Assembly (NCBI RefSeq): GCF_011745625.1
Contig: NW_027191460.1
Coordinates: forward strand, 124,001-188,000
From: Cladosporium halotolerans
Taxonomy: Eukaryota
Length of the DNA stretch: 64,000 bases
Reading direction: 5' to 3'
The notes under the pieces are model-generated. The model saw nothing but the letters and a program-made list of their open reading frames with translations. It was not told where the DNA came from and did no database searches. The position numbers and the translations under genes are program-made. Each line of letters opens with the position of its first letter. Position 1 is the stretch's first letter. Positions 36,521-46,170 of this stretch are shown here, one piece after another.

Positions 36521-38917
36521 CTACTTAGGCGGGCTCTTTTTGTAAGCAGGCTGCTTCGGGCCATAGTGCTTGTAGCCCGGGCGGCCCTTGTACTTATCGT
36601 TGCCCTTGCCCTTACCGTGGCCGCCCTTGCCACCGTGACCCTTACCGGTCTCCTCCTTTTCGCCGTCAGCCGACGCGCGGCTGAGACCCAGGCACTCGGC
36701 CATGTGGTAGAAGACGTCGATGTTGTCGTAAACACCGCCAAACAGCTCCTGGCAGGGACCCTGGGCGAAGACCGGGACGTCGGTCAGCGAGTGAACGCCG
36801 GACGAGGAGTCGGTCGGCAGGGTGCCGTTGACGATGAAGCCGTTGGGGTTGTCCTCCGGGTTGACGAAGTAGTCGTCCTCGTCGAAGCCCGTGACGTTGG
36901 TAACGGGCGAGCGCGGGCCGTCGCGGTGCACGCGGTAGTTCTCGCGGACGTCGGGGTGGGCGCCGAAGCCTTGGGCGAGGGTGTAGCGCGGGTCCCAGTT
37001 GGCGGGGAAGAAGGAGTCGGCGTAGCGCAGGTTGCCGCCGCGCGTGTATTGGCTCTCGCCGGACTGCTCGTAGATGCCGACGGCGCGGCGCTTGGAGCGG
37101 TCGTCGGTCTGCGCGTCGGCGTACTGGGTGTCGTAGCTGCCGAAGACGTCGAAGCCGTGGCCGTGGTCGGCAGTGACCACCACGAGGGTGTTCTCGAGTT
37201 CGCCGAGCTCCTTGAGGTGCTCGAGGGAGGCCTTGATGGTGTCGTCGAGCTCGAGGAGTTCGCCGAGGGCGCGGTCGTAGTCGAGGGCGTGCATCTGCTT
37301 GTCGATGGAGGCGGCCTCGGACATGAGGAACCAGCCCTTGTCGCCGTCAGCCTTGGCGCGGGTGTCGAGGATGTCGATGGCCTTGAGGGTCATCTCCTTC
37401 AGGCCGGGCTGGTCGAGACCGTCGCTACCGCGGCAGTCGGGGGAGTTCTCGGTGCCGACGAGGTTGTCGGTGTAGACGTTCCTGTCGAGCCACTTCTCCA
37501 TGTTGCTGGTGGAGAAGATGCCAAGGTGGCGGTCAGAGGCAGAGGACTCCTGGAGCTCAGTGTTGTTGGACACCAAAGTGTAACCTTCCTCGCTGAAGAC
37601 GTTGTAGTAGTTCAGGTTCTGGTAGGTCTCGCCGCCATCCTCAGGGTCGCAGAAGTTCTCAGCACCACCTGTTGTGAATTAGCGTGGGGTTTCCTAAAAT
37701 TCATGATGATCTGATCTTACCGCCGAAGATGACGTCGTAGCCGGGCCACTCGGTCCAGGTGTAGTTGACGATACCGTGGATGAAGGAGTCGATGACCGCG
37801 CCGTAGTCGCCACGGTCACGAGTGTGGGCGGTGAAAGCACCAGGCGTGGCATCGGCGATGAAGGCAGTCGAGACAATACCGACCTTGCCACCGAGGAGAC
37901 GCACGAACATCTCGAGGATGGACTCGAATTTGGGGTCATCGAAGGAATCCTCGGAAGAGTCGGCGTAGACACCGAGGGCGTTGACACTGGACTTGTGACC
38001 AGAGTACAGAGCAGTTGCAGAGTTGGCGGAGTCAGTGATGTACGAGTCAATGGAGTGGGTCATCTGGTGGCCGAGCTACAATTGGTTGTCAGAGGCATTC
38101 TTGATCAAGACTTTTTATCTTGCTGTGCTTACCACAGGGAACTTGTCCATGGCCATCTTCGACAGATAACGACCGTTCTTGGTCTCGTGGGCGATCAGGC
38201 GGGCAGCGGTGATCATGTTGGTGGTCATGCCGTCACCGATGTACAGAAGAACGTTCTTGGTCTTACGGACCTCGGACAGTTCCTTGACGGTCCAGTAGGC
38301 GGTGGTGTTGGTGCCGTTGTAGCTGAGGACGGCCTCGTACTCACCGGGCTCGAAGAGAGCAACACGGCGGTAGGCCTTGGAGGCGACGTTGACGAGGGAA
38401 GGAGTGTCGGCATCCTCGGCGAACAGGTCCTCGTACCTGAGAGATGAAGTCAGTTGCTTGCTCGGGTGAGGTCAACGCCAATCGATTGAACGAACCAGGT
38501 GAAGTTCCACGTCTCAAGCTCGGGCTCCTCGACGTCGAAGAACTCGGCAACCGGAACGGCCTCTTCGCCGACCTTGCCGACGGTCAGAGAGAAGTCCTCA
38601 TCGGGGACACCTTTAAGCTTAAATTAGCCGCCGCTCTCAGCTCAGCAGTGGTCGACGATAGCTGTCTGGAGCTACGGAAGCAGCTCCAGCGCCCATCGAT
38701 TGGGGTTACACGCACCGTCAGTCGCCTCGGATCCGTTGACCGGGGCGTGGATCTCCAGACGGATGTCGAAGTACTGGCCGGCCAGGAAGTCCTGCGCGTC
38801 AGGCGGCAGAATGCATCCCAGAGTCGGGCAGGTACCGAGACGCTGGAAGGTCTGGGCGGAGACAACAGCGGCAAGGCTAGCAGCGAGAGCTGCAGAAGAC
38901 AGTCTGAAGGCCACCAT
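36521..38917 (-). CDS. Secreted alkaline phosphatase, multi-exon
   Basis: Signal peptide MVAFRLSSAALAASLAAVVSAQ; 'LYIGDGM', active-site 'ITDSANSATA', 'ADATP', 'FLMSEAASIDKQMH', 'VVTADHGH', 'VHSLTDV'. Confidence 0.92.
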
Positions 38918-39396
38918 GATTGCTTCCTATTGGGGGGAGACGAGTGGCACAGGGTGTAGCACCTTGATGAAGAAATGGACGAAACTGGAAGCTGTACGGC
39001 TCTTTATAGACTCAAGATCAGCCCTCAGCTCGCCGGGTCGAGCTGCAAGGCACCGGGCGAGGTCCAGCAGGTTGGCCACGGCGATCGCACCCAATGCCCG
39101 TGGTCGCGGCGTGCAAAACAATACAACGGCGCAGCCACATCGTCAACCCGGCGGGACAAGCTTCTTGCAAAGCAATGAGAGGCTTGGCCTGCAGAACCGC
39201 GTGCGAGGCTGCGGGCATCGGATGGGCTGCTTCGTGAGCGACCTACCGCTTTGGGGGGCAGAGCCACCGTCTAGCCATAGTCTAAGGATGAGCAGCTTCT
39301 TGGGCGCGATGCCAGCCAAGACGCCAGCCAGGCCCTGCAGTCCCGCGAAGCATCGCAACCCTGAAGGCCTGAGGCCGCCACCGGCGGGGCGACACC

Positions 39397-39595
39397 CACG
39401 TGCCGGCGCAGGCGCAAGCCATTGGGGAGCTGCCGCAGGGATCGCCCCGCCGTGCTCGCCTGTACGCCGGGGGACAGCGGCTGCGCGCATCATCTCGCTT
39501 CTGACTCTCCAAGCCGTCTTTTATACTCCGCCCGCGGAATATGGTGAGAATGTCACTGACCAAAGCACCATCTCCGACTCGCCTTCCACCACGTG
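39397..39595 (-). promoter_or_regulatory. Two Pho4/NUC-1-type E-boxes upstream of alkaline phosphatase
   Basis: CACGTG at 39397-39402 (GCACGTGGG on the gene strand) and 39590-39595 (GCACGTGGT). Confidence 0.6.
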
Positions 39596-40333
39596 CGTTT
39601 GGCCGATCGATCTGCGCCTGGGCATGCTTTCGCTTTCTGTCGTCCAACGTGCGAGAGTGTTGGCAATAACTCATGCCAAATAACGCCGCTGACGGGAAGC
39701 TGGAAGTCTGCATGCAGTGACCGTCTTCTTGGCCCACTCCTGTGAAGCCAGCTGCCACGCATCCAGGTCTCTTGTCGGCTGGTCGCGTCTGCGTCTGCCC
39801 TTTCGACGACCAGCATGTGAGGCTGCGACGGCCATGCATCAATATGCCCTGACTGTCATTTAAGATTTGATTGCAGGTGCCGGCAGTGCTTCACCTCAGA
39901 GCATGCCGGCAATCTCCACTTGTGATCCGCGCTCCAGCGTCTGTGAAGGCGATCTCCAGACGATCCACCCGTCGGCGGTTGAACGACTGGGGACTGTCAG
40001 CTGCGGGCGAGGTGCGAGAATTGCATGAGACACACGGACAATCAAATAGCATTCACATGTCAAGTGAATGCTCCTCGAAAGCAGCATGGCTAATCGCATC
40101 AATCAAGCCGTGATTTTTACCCTGTAGACCTGCCTTCGTCATCCTTACAGCGGGGCAGCCATTCCCCAAGAGGCCCTTCAAGCCGCCGCTATCGAACTTT
40201 TCTCGCCTACATCGGCGGAAATCATCCCGACCCTGCTCGCGTGCACACAACTGCTGTTCTTCAGCAATACTTCTCTTGCTTAGCCACACATATCCTGCAA
40301 AGACTTGGCACCCTCGTATCCCTACCGCCCAAC

Positions 40334-42514
40334 ATGTCGGGACCCGTCAAGCGCACCGCGACCGCGACCGCCGACGCCGACGCCGCGAAACCCAACAACC
40401 CGCTGCAATCCAACTTCAACGCCGACGACTCCTCGAGCATCGACGAAGACGAGCGCTACCTGGTAAGATGAGTCGGGAGCTAGGGCGCACGAGCGCACCA
40501 GACAACAAAGATACCAAGCACATCGGCAATCCCACCTTCGGCGCATATCAGTGAGTACGAGATGGCATCAAGTGTAAAAACCAAAAACGTATAAGTCATG
40601 GCACGCGGGTGCCCGCAGACACACTCCGTTGCGAGCGCTTCCTTGCGACCCTGTCCCTTCGACGGACAGAGGCAAGGGGGCAAGCCGGGGGAACATGCTG
40701 CGGGCTGAGATCAAACCGCTTTTATGTTGAACTTGAACGCATTCGTATGCGCGGAAGGAGATGCTATGACTGATATCTAGAGCGATGCTCCTTATCCTCC
40801 CCTCTGTTTGAGACGGTAGATGCTAACGCCTAGAAGCGCGCCCTCGGATACAAGCAGGTATGTTGTGGCACTTCTTGACGTATCCGAGTAGATCGCTAAC
40901 CAATGCCAGTCGCTGCACCGCCAATGGAAGTTCTTTGAGAGCTTTGCCGCAAGCTTCGGTTTGTCTCGACCAGTCATAGCATAAGACAGCTTACTGACTC
41001 TGATAGCCGCCCTCTACTCTGTCGGTGGTATTCGTACGACCTTCACCATCGGTGTACAAGCAGGAGGACCTGCCGCTTACTGGTAATTCACCAGCCACAC
41101 GATGCTGCGACAAAGGCATACTAACAGTCACAGGTCGAGCTATGTCGTCACCTGTGTTTTTGTCATGATCACCGCAGCCGTGCTTGCAGAGATCTGTTCT
41201 GCACTCCCTGCAGCTGGCTCCATCTACTTCTGGGCTGCCGAAGCTGGTGGCACAAAGTACGGCAGGCTGTTCGGCTTCATCGTCGCGTGGTGGGCCACGA
41301 CCGCTTGGACAACCTTCGTCGCCAGCTTGTCCCAAGCCACTGCCAACTTCCTGCTCTCCGAAATCAGTGTCTTCAGACTCGCATTCTCCACGGACGTCAA
41401 TGACATCCACTTCCGTGCCGTCCAATGGATCGTCTCGGAGGTCATCCTCTTCCTGGGTATCGGAATGAACTACTTCGACCCCAAGATCTACCGCTGGATC
41501 TTCCGCATCGCGACCTACCTGATCCTCCTCGACTTCGCGCTGAACATCATCTGGCTCCCCATCGGCGTCTCCAAGACCTACGGCTTCCAGACCGCCGAGT
41601 ACGTCTTCACGCAAACCTACAATGAAACCGGCGCCCCTCCCGTCTGGAACTGGATGCTCTCCTACTACGTCACAGCCGGCATCCTCGTCGGCTTCGAAGC
41701 CTCCGGCCACATCTCGGAGGAGACGCAAAACGCCCAGACGACCGCCGCGCGCGGCATCTTCTGGTCCGCCGGCGCCTCCGCCCTCATCGGCTTCCCCGTC
41801 GTCATCCTCTTCCTCTTCTGCCTGCCCGACCTCAGCGTCCTCGACGCCCTCTACGAAGCCGGCACGCCCCAGCCCTTCCTGCACATCTACGATATGGCCC
41901 TCGGCCGCGGCGGCCACGTCTTCATGAACGTCATCTGCATCCTCGGCCTGCTCTTCAACCTCACCATCGCCGGCGTCGCTTCCAGCCGCCTCATCTGGGC
42001 CGTCGCCCGCGACGGCGTCCTGCCCTTCAGCGGCTGGATCAGCCAGGTGTCGGGCAAAAAGGAGCCCCGCAACGCCATCATCGTCATGCACGCCTTTAGC
42101 GCCCTCCTCCTCTGCACCATCCTCGCGTCGCCCGTCGCCTTCCCCTCCCTCGTCTCCGCCGCCGGCGTCCCGACCATCACCTCCTACGCCCTCATCGCTT
42201 TCGCCCGCTGCTTCATCACGCCGCACGAGTTCAAGCACGCCGCGTGGTCGCTGGGCCGGTGGTCCCGCCCGCTGGCGTTTGTCACTTTCGTCTGGAATGC
42301 GTTTTTGGCCGCCGTGCTGTTCAGCCCGCTGTACTTCCCCGTCACGGCCGAGGGCTTCAATTACTCGCCGGTGATTTTTGGCGCCGTCACGATTTTTGCC
42401 CTCGTCACGTGGTGGGTTACGCCCGAGGAGAAGTGGTTGCCGAACGCGCGGTTGGGGAAGGTGCATACGCTTGATGAGGGGTTTGTGCCTAGGGAGAGGA
42501 ACGAGGCGTCGTAG
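40334..42514 (+). CDS. THI9: APC-family permease, Thi9-like probable thiamine/thiamine-precursor transporter, 5 exons
   Basis: Exons 40334-40462, 40834-40857, 40910-40958, 41007-41082 and 41134-42514 give '..DERYL|KRALGYKQ|SLHRQWKFFESFAASF|..GGPAAYW|SSYVV..LAEICSALPAAGSIYFWA..GFEASGHISEET..SRLIWAVARDG'. Substrate is inferred from the TPP riboswitch in intron 1. Confidence 0.85.
40595..40770 (+). ncRNA. TPP (thiamine pyrophosphate) riboswitch aptamer in intron 1 of the permease
   Basis: P1 GTCATGGCA(40595)/TGCTATGAC(40770); P2 GCGG(40605)/CCGC(40716); GGGTG; P3 GCCCGCAG(40611)/CTGCGGGC(40698) with a long extension; CTGAGA at 40705-40710; P4/P5 GAACTTGAAC-GCATTCGTATGC-GCGGAAGGA. Confidence 0.92.
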
Positions 42515-42630
42515 TGGGAGGGTTGTGGCGTGGTGGTGGTGGTGGAGGTGGTGGTGGTGGTGAGTCTGAGCTGAGCTGAGGTTGGTTGGCGTGGTGACGT
42601 CGTCGTCATCACGTGCTCGCAAAAGAACAG

Positions 42631-42653
42631 AAAAAAAAAAAAAAACACAAAAA
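42631..42653 (-). terminator. Oligo-T Pol III terminator (T5, then T15)
   Basis: + strand A5 at 42649-42653 and A15 at 42631-42645, immediately after the 3' strand of the terminal stem. Confidence 0.6.
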
Positions 42654-42880
42654 CACCAGCAGGGTTCGAACCCCCAACAGCCCGAGCAAAAGAACCACCC
42701 CGCCTCGCTCGGGGGGTGTCAAGAAAACCGCTCTCTCACAGCAAGTTTTACTTTTGGTGGGGCGCGCCAGCCGAACAGTCCTCGGTACCTGGCGAGCGGG
42801 CCTGTACTGCATACCGTGACCCGGTCCCGCGCGGCGTACCACTGCGCCACGCAGGACTGAACGCCTGCTCGTGTGCTGGT
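42649..42880 (-). ncRNA. Unassigned structured ~230-nt RNA polymerase III-type RNA gene
   Basis: Minus strand: TATATAAA ~30 nt upstream, A box TGGCGCAGTGG (42849-42839), B box GGTTCGAACCC (42672-42662), terminal stem ACCAGCA/TGCTGGT, five internal hairpins and T5 + T15 terminators. Confidence 0.7.
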
Positions 42881-42903
42881 TGTGTCATTTGGGGTTGCGC
42901 GTG

Positions 42904-42911
42904 TTTATATA
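42904..42911 (-). promoter_or_regulatory. TATA box of the putative Pol III RNA
   Basis: TATATAAA on the minus strand, first T 31 nt upstream of the predicted 5' end (42880). Confidence 0.6.
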
Positions 42912-43695
42912 GGTGAAGCGGGGGACGTGGGGGGAGTGAGGTGAGGTTAGGTTAGGATAGGTGGCATAGGGGTGGGGTTGGCTAGATGTTGTACAGTACA
43001 CGTATAGATGCATTTTCTTATTGTCATCCGCTGTTTGCTGCTCTAGGGAGTGTTTGCAGTTGCCGTTAGGGGGTGCTGGTATAGGGTGTGAAAGTGAGGT
43101 GAAGTGAAGTGGCGGAAGTCACGTGACAGGGGGTATCACTTGTGGGCTTGCTACGTGAGGGAGACGCGCGACGGTTCCTACGAGTCATGTGACAAACCGC
43201 GTAACGTGTCGGCGATTTGAGGAGCACAAGTGATGCGTGGCTAGAATATTGACGTGTGTCACATGATCATAGAGTGAAAACGCGAATGTGCGCGGAAGTC
43301 TTGCTAAGGTGAAAGGGGAGCACGTGAGTTTGTACGTCTGTATGCCATGAATTCTCTCGTTAGAAACACCAACCATTCCGTACAGACTTTTCTTGTGCCG
43401 CTTTCGACGATGCTGGGAATCGTGTCAAAGCGCTGCAAACGTATCGGTATTAACAAAAACGCCATGGGGGTATCTATGCTTATGCCGCTGGTGTGGCCGA
43501 ATGCTGCCAAATAGCAAAACGCGACAAGGAAAGAAGAGTGGAGAGAGTACAACAGGCCGAGCAAGGGGACTCTCCCATGCAGAAAAAGAAAGGAAGAAGC
43601 AAAAGAAAACATCCACGCCACCCAGTTCTTGACGTCTAACCCCCTGTGCTCCCCGGTCTTGGACGTCAGAATCTTCCGGCCACATATCTAACAGC

Positions 43696-46170
43696 TCAGC
43701 GTGGTGTCCTGGCAAGCTCGCCCACGACTCGTTTCAGAGCCTTGAACTGGCCGTCCATCTCCATGATCGTGTCGGTTTGCATAGCAACCGCGCCGTCATA
43801 CTCAGTCTTAGCCTTTTCGAGTTCGCTGTCGAGATGCTGTTTGAGGTTCGCTTGGATCGCAGTTTCCATCCCCATGCGAAGTTGCTCGAGGTTGTTGTCG
43901 AATGCGTCGACGAAGCCCTTGAGTTCCGCGATCTGCTTGTTTGAAGAGGTCTTATCCTGGAGCTGCTGTTCACCAGCCTTCGCCTGTTCCGCACGCAGCG
44001 CGGCCTGGGCATGCTCCAAGGCTTGAACCCTGCTGTTCAGCGAACGCACTGCGGCTTCAAAGTCTTTCGCCGCGGGGTACATTTTGCTCATCTGGTCGAC
44101 CATGGCTTTGACGACTTCTTCGGTGGTCAGGTTGTCAAAGCGTTGTCTCAGTTGCTGGATGTGACCGATGATGCCGTTGATCTGGTTTTGGAGTATCAGA
44201 AGCTCTTGGGATGAAGGCCCTGGGGGACCATTGTTTGCTGTGTTGAGAGGGCTGCCATTTGCTGGCGAACTGATTCCGTTTGTTTGCACAGACTGCATGG
44301 GCATGTTCGATCTCGGATTGTGGCTGGTCGATGTTTGCGGAGGCAGCGATCGGGTCTGCCATGCGCCAGCTGGTGGCGAAACTGCATGGCTGGTCGAAGC
44401 AGACTTTTCCAGAGCCTGGACTGTCGAAGACAAGCTCGCGAAATTTGACTGCAGACCCTCCAGTGTTTTTGCCAGTGAGCCTACCTGTGCACTTACCCAC
44501 GATTGCAAGTCCCTAAGGTCCTTCGCAGCCTCTTCCTTATTGGCAAGCCCTCCGATTTTCTTGGCCAGGGAGTCCAGCTCTTCTTTCTTGACAATGGTTG
44601 TGTTCGCCGAGTCTGCCCAAGATTGCAGATCTGTAGTTTTCTTTCGCAGCTGGTCCAGTTCTTTACTGCAGTCGAGCTCTTCAACTTTCTTATCGAGCTT
44701 CGTTTGAAGTTCGCCCGCGGCTTTCATGAACTCCCCCGACAGCACCTGGTCCCTCTGGTCTGAATCTGCTTCAATATCGGCTTTGAGGTTTTCAATCGAG
44801 TCATTGAACAAAGTCTCTGTGATGAACTTGGAATGAAAGTCGCTCCGGGCATCAGCAGATCTGCTGTCTTTCATCTGCTGGATGTCTGCTTGAATGTCCA
44901 TGATGGATTTTTCAAGCTGTACGGCACCGGCAACAGCAGGTTGGGTCGTATTGACATCTGTAATCGTCTGGAGTTTTCTGGTGATCAGCTCTTGACTTTC
45001 CAGGCGCTTCGAAAGGGATCCTTTATGGTCTCCTGAAGCCTCGTTCTGGACCTTATAGAGGTCTATACGACAGCTGTCGACCTGGTCACTAATGACATCA
45101 ACGCATCCCCTGAGGTCGGAGATGTCTGCGGTGATAGAATCAAAGTTCTGGGCGATGTTGGCTTTTTCGGTGACCTGAAGTGTTTTGAGCTTCGAAACAT
45201 CCGCCTTGGTCACGCTGAGGTCACGCGCGTGACCCTCGATCTTGACGTGATCATCTTGGGTAAGCTTTGCTAAAGCCTCAAGTTTCTCAATTCGAGGCTG
45301 GAGCTTCCTTTCCACATGCTCAGTTGAGGTTTGTTCCGCGCGCGTTAACTGCTCCTTCAAAGCCGTCGTATCGGATTTTGTCGATTGCTGCATGGAAGAT
45401 ATCTGCGCCTTCCGCGTCGCACAATCCTCTCTGATTTCTCTCAGAGCAGTTTGAAGCTCTACGATGGTGGCTTGCTGCTTATCAAAGCGAGCCATCAGGC
45501 CGCTGTGATTGGTCTGCAGTGCATCGAACTCGTCACGTGACACGCTGTCTGGGTGAGCATCAGTGCTTATAGTCAAGTTTACTATTGCCTGGCACAGAGC
45601 CTGAGTAATCCCAGACTGCGCGTTCTCTTTATCCTTCAGTTCACCCGCGAGGCTGGCAACCTTCTCCTCGGCTTCATCCCTTGCCTTACTGACCCGTTTT
45701 CGAATGTCGGGGAATCTGTCGAAGTTGCTGTTCATGTTTTTGAACTCAATTTCTGCAGTTTCAGACTGCTCCTTTGCCAGGTTGCGAGATACATGGAGGG
45801 CTGCTTCAGCAGTAAGCTGGGAGACCATGCTTTTCACAGCATCTAGTAAAGAGTTCGCCAGAGACTCTTCTACACGCGCCTCCTGCGGGGCTTGCATGAT
45901 GGCGGTCTGGACATTCGCTTGGTGAGGTTGAGGTGTTGATCGAGAACTTGCGACATCTTGGTAAATACTCCCGTCGGTGCTGCCTGGAGAGCGAATGGTT
46001 AGAGTGGTCCTCCTACGAGGGTCTGCATTTGAATTGACAATGTTGGCATTTCCAATCGAGGCTTTTCGCTGATCGTCAATGCCGTTCGCCGCTGGTGAGC
46101 CTTTCGAGACCTTCCTCTGGGCATTCGACCCCTCTGGGGAACGGCTTTGTTTTCTTTTCGCAGGGTTCAT
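43696..46170 (-). CDS. Large coiled-coil protein of unknown function (824 aa; possible extra 5' exon(s) from ATG 46686)
   Basis: Uninterrupted ORF with heptad-rich helices and 'LRQRFDNLTTEEVVKAMVDQMSKMYP'. A GTAAGT donor at ~46399 and a CTAAC..AAG acceptor just before 46170 suggest upstream exons. Confidence 0.75.
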   Translation of the reverse strand: MNPAKRKQSRSPEGSNAQRKVSKGSPAANGIDDQRKASIGNANIVNSNADPRRRTTLTIRSPGSTDGSIYQDVASSRSTPQPHQANVQTAIMQAPQEARVEESLANSLLDAVKSMVSQLTAEAALHVSRNLAKEQSETAEIEFKNMNSNFDRFPDIRKRVSKARDEAEEKVASLAGELKDKENAQSGITQALCQAIVNLTISTDAHPDSVSRDEFDALQTNHSGLMARFDKQQATIVELQTALREIREDCATRKAQISSMQQSTKSDTTALKEQLTRAEQTSTEHVERKLQPRIEKLEALAKLTQDDHVKIEGHARDLSVTKADVSKLKTLQVTEKANIAQNFDSITADISDLRGCVDVISDQVDSCRIDLYKVQNEASGDHKGSLSKRLESQELITRKLQTITDVNTTQPAVAGAVQLEKSIMDIQADIQQMKDSRSADARSDFHSKFITETLFNDSIENLKADIEADSDQRDQVLSGEFMKAAGELQTKLDKKVEELDCSKELDQLRKKTTDLQSWADSANTTIVKKEELDSLAKKIGGLANKEEAAKDLRDLQSWVSAQVGSLAKTLEGLQSNFASLSSTVQALEKSASTSHAVSPPAGAWQTRSLPPQTSTSHNPRSNMPMQSVQTNGISSPANGSPLNTANNGPPGPSSQELLILQNQINGIIGHIQQLRQRFDNLTTEEVVKAMVDQMSKMYPAAKDFEAAVRSLNSRVQALEHAQAALRAEQAKAGEQQLQDKTSSNKQIAELKGFVDAFDNNLEQLRMGMETAIQANLKQHLDSELEKAKTEYDGAVAMQTDTIMEMDGQFKALKRVVGELARTPR

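Noticed and set aside
42655..42860. Intron-containing tRNA gene (A and B boxes present)
   Set aside because: The 7 nt before the A box do not pair with the bases after the T-loop, the A box is inside a 13-bp hairpin rather than a D arm, and no anticodon arm can be built.
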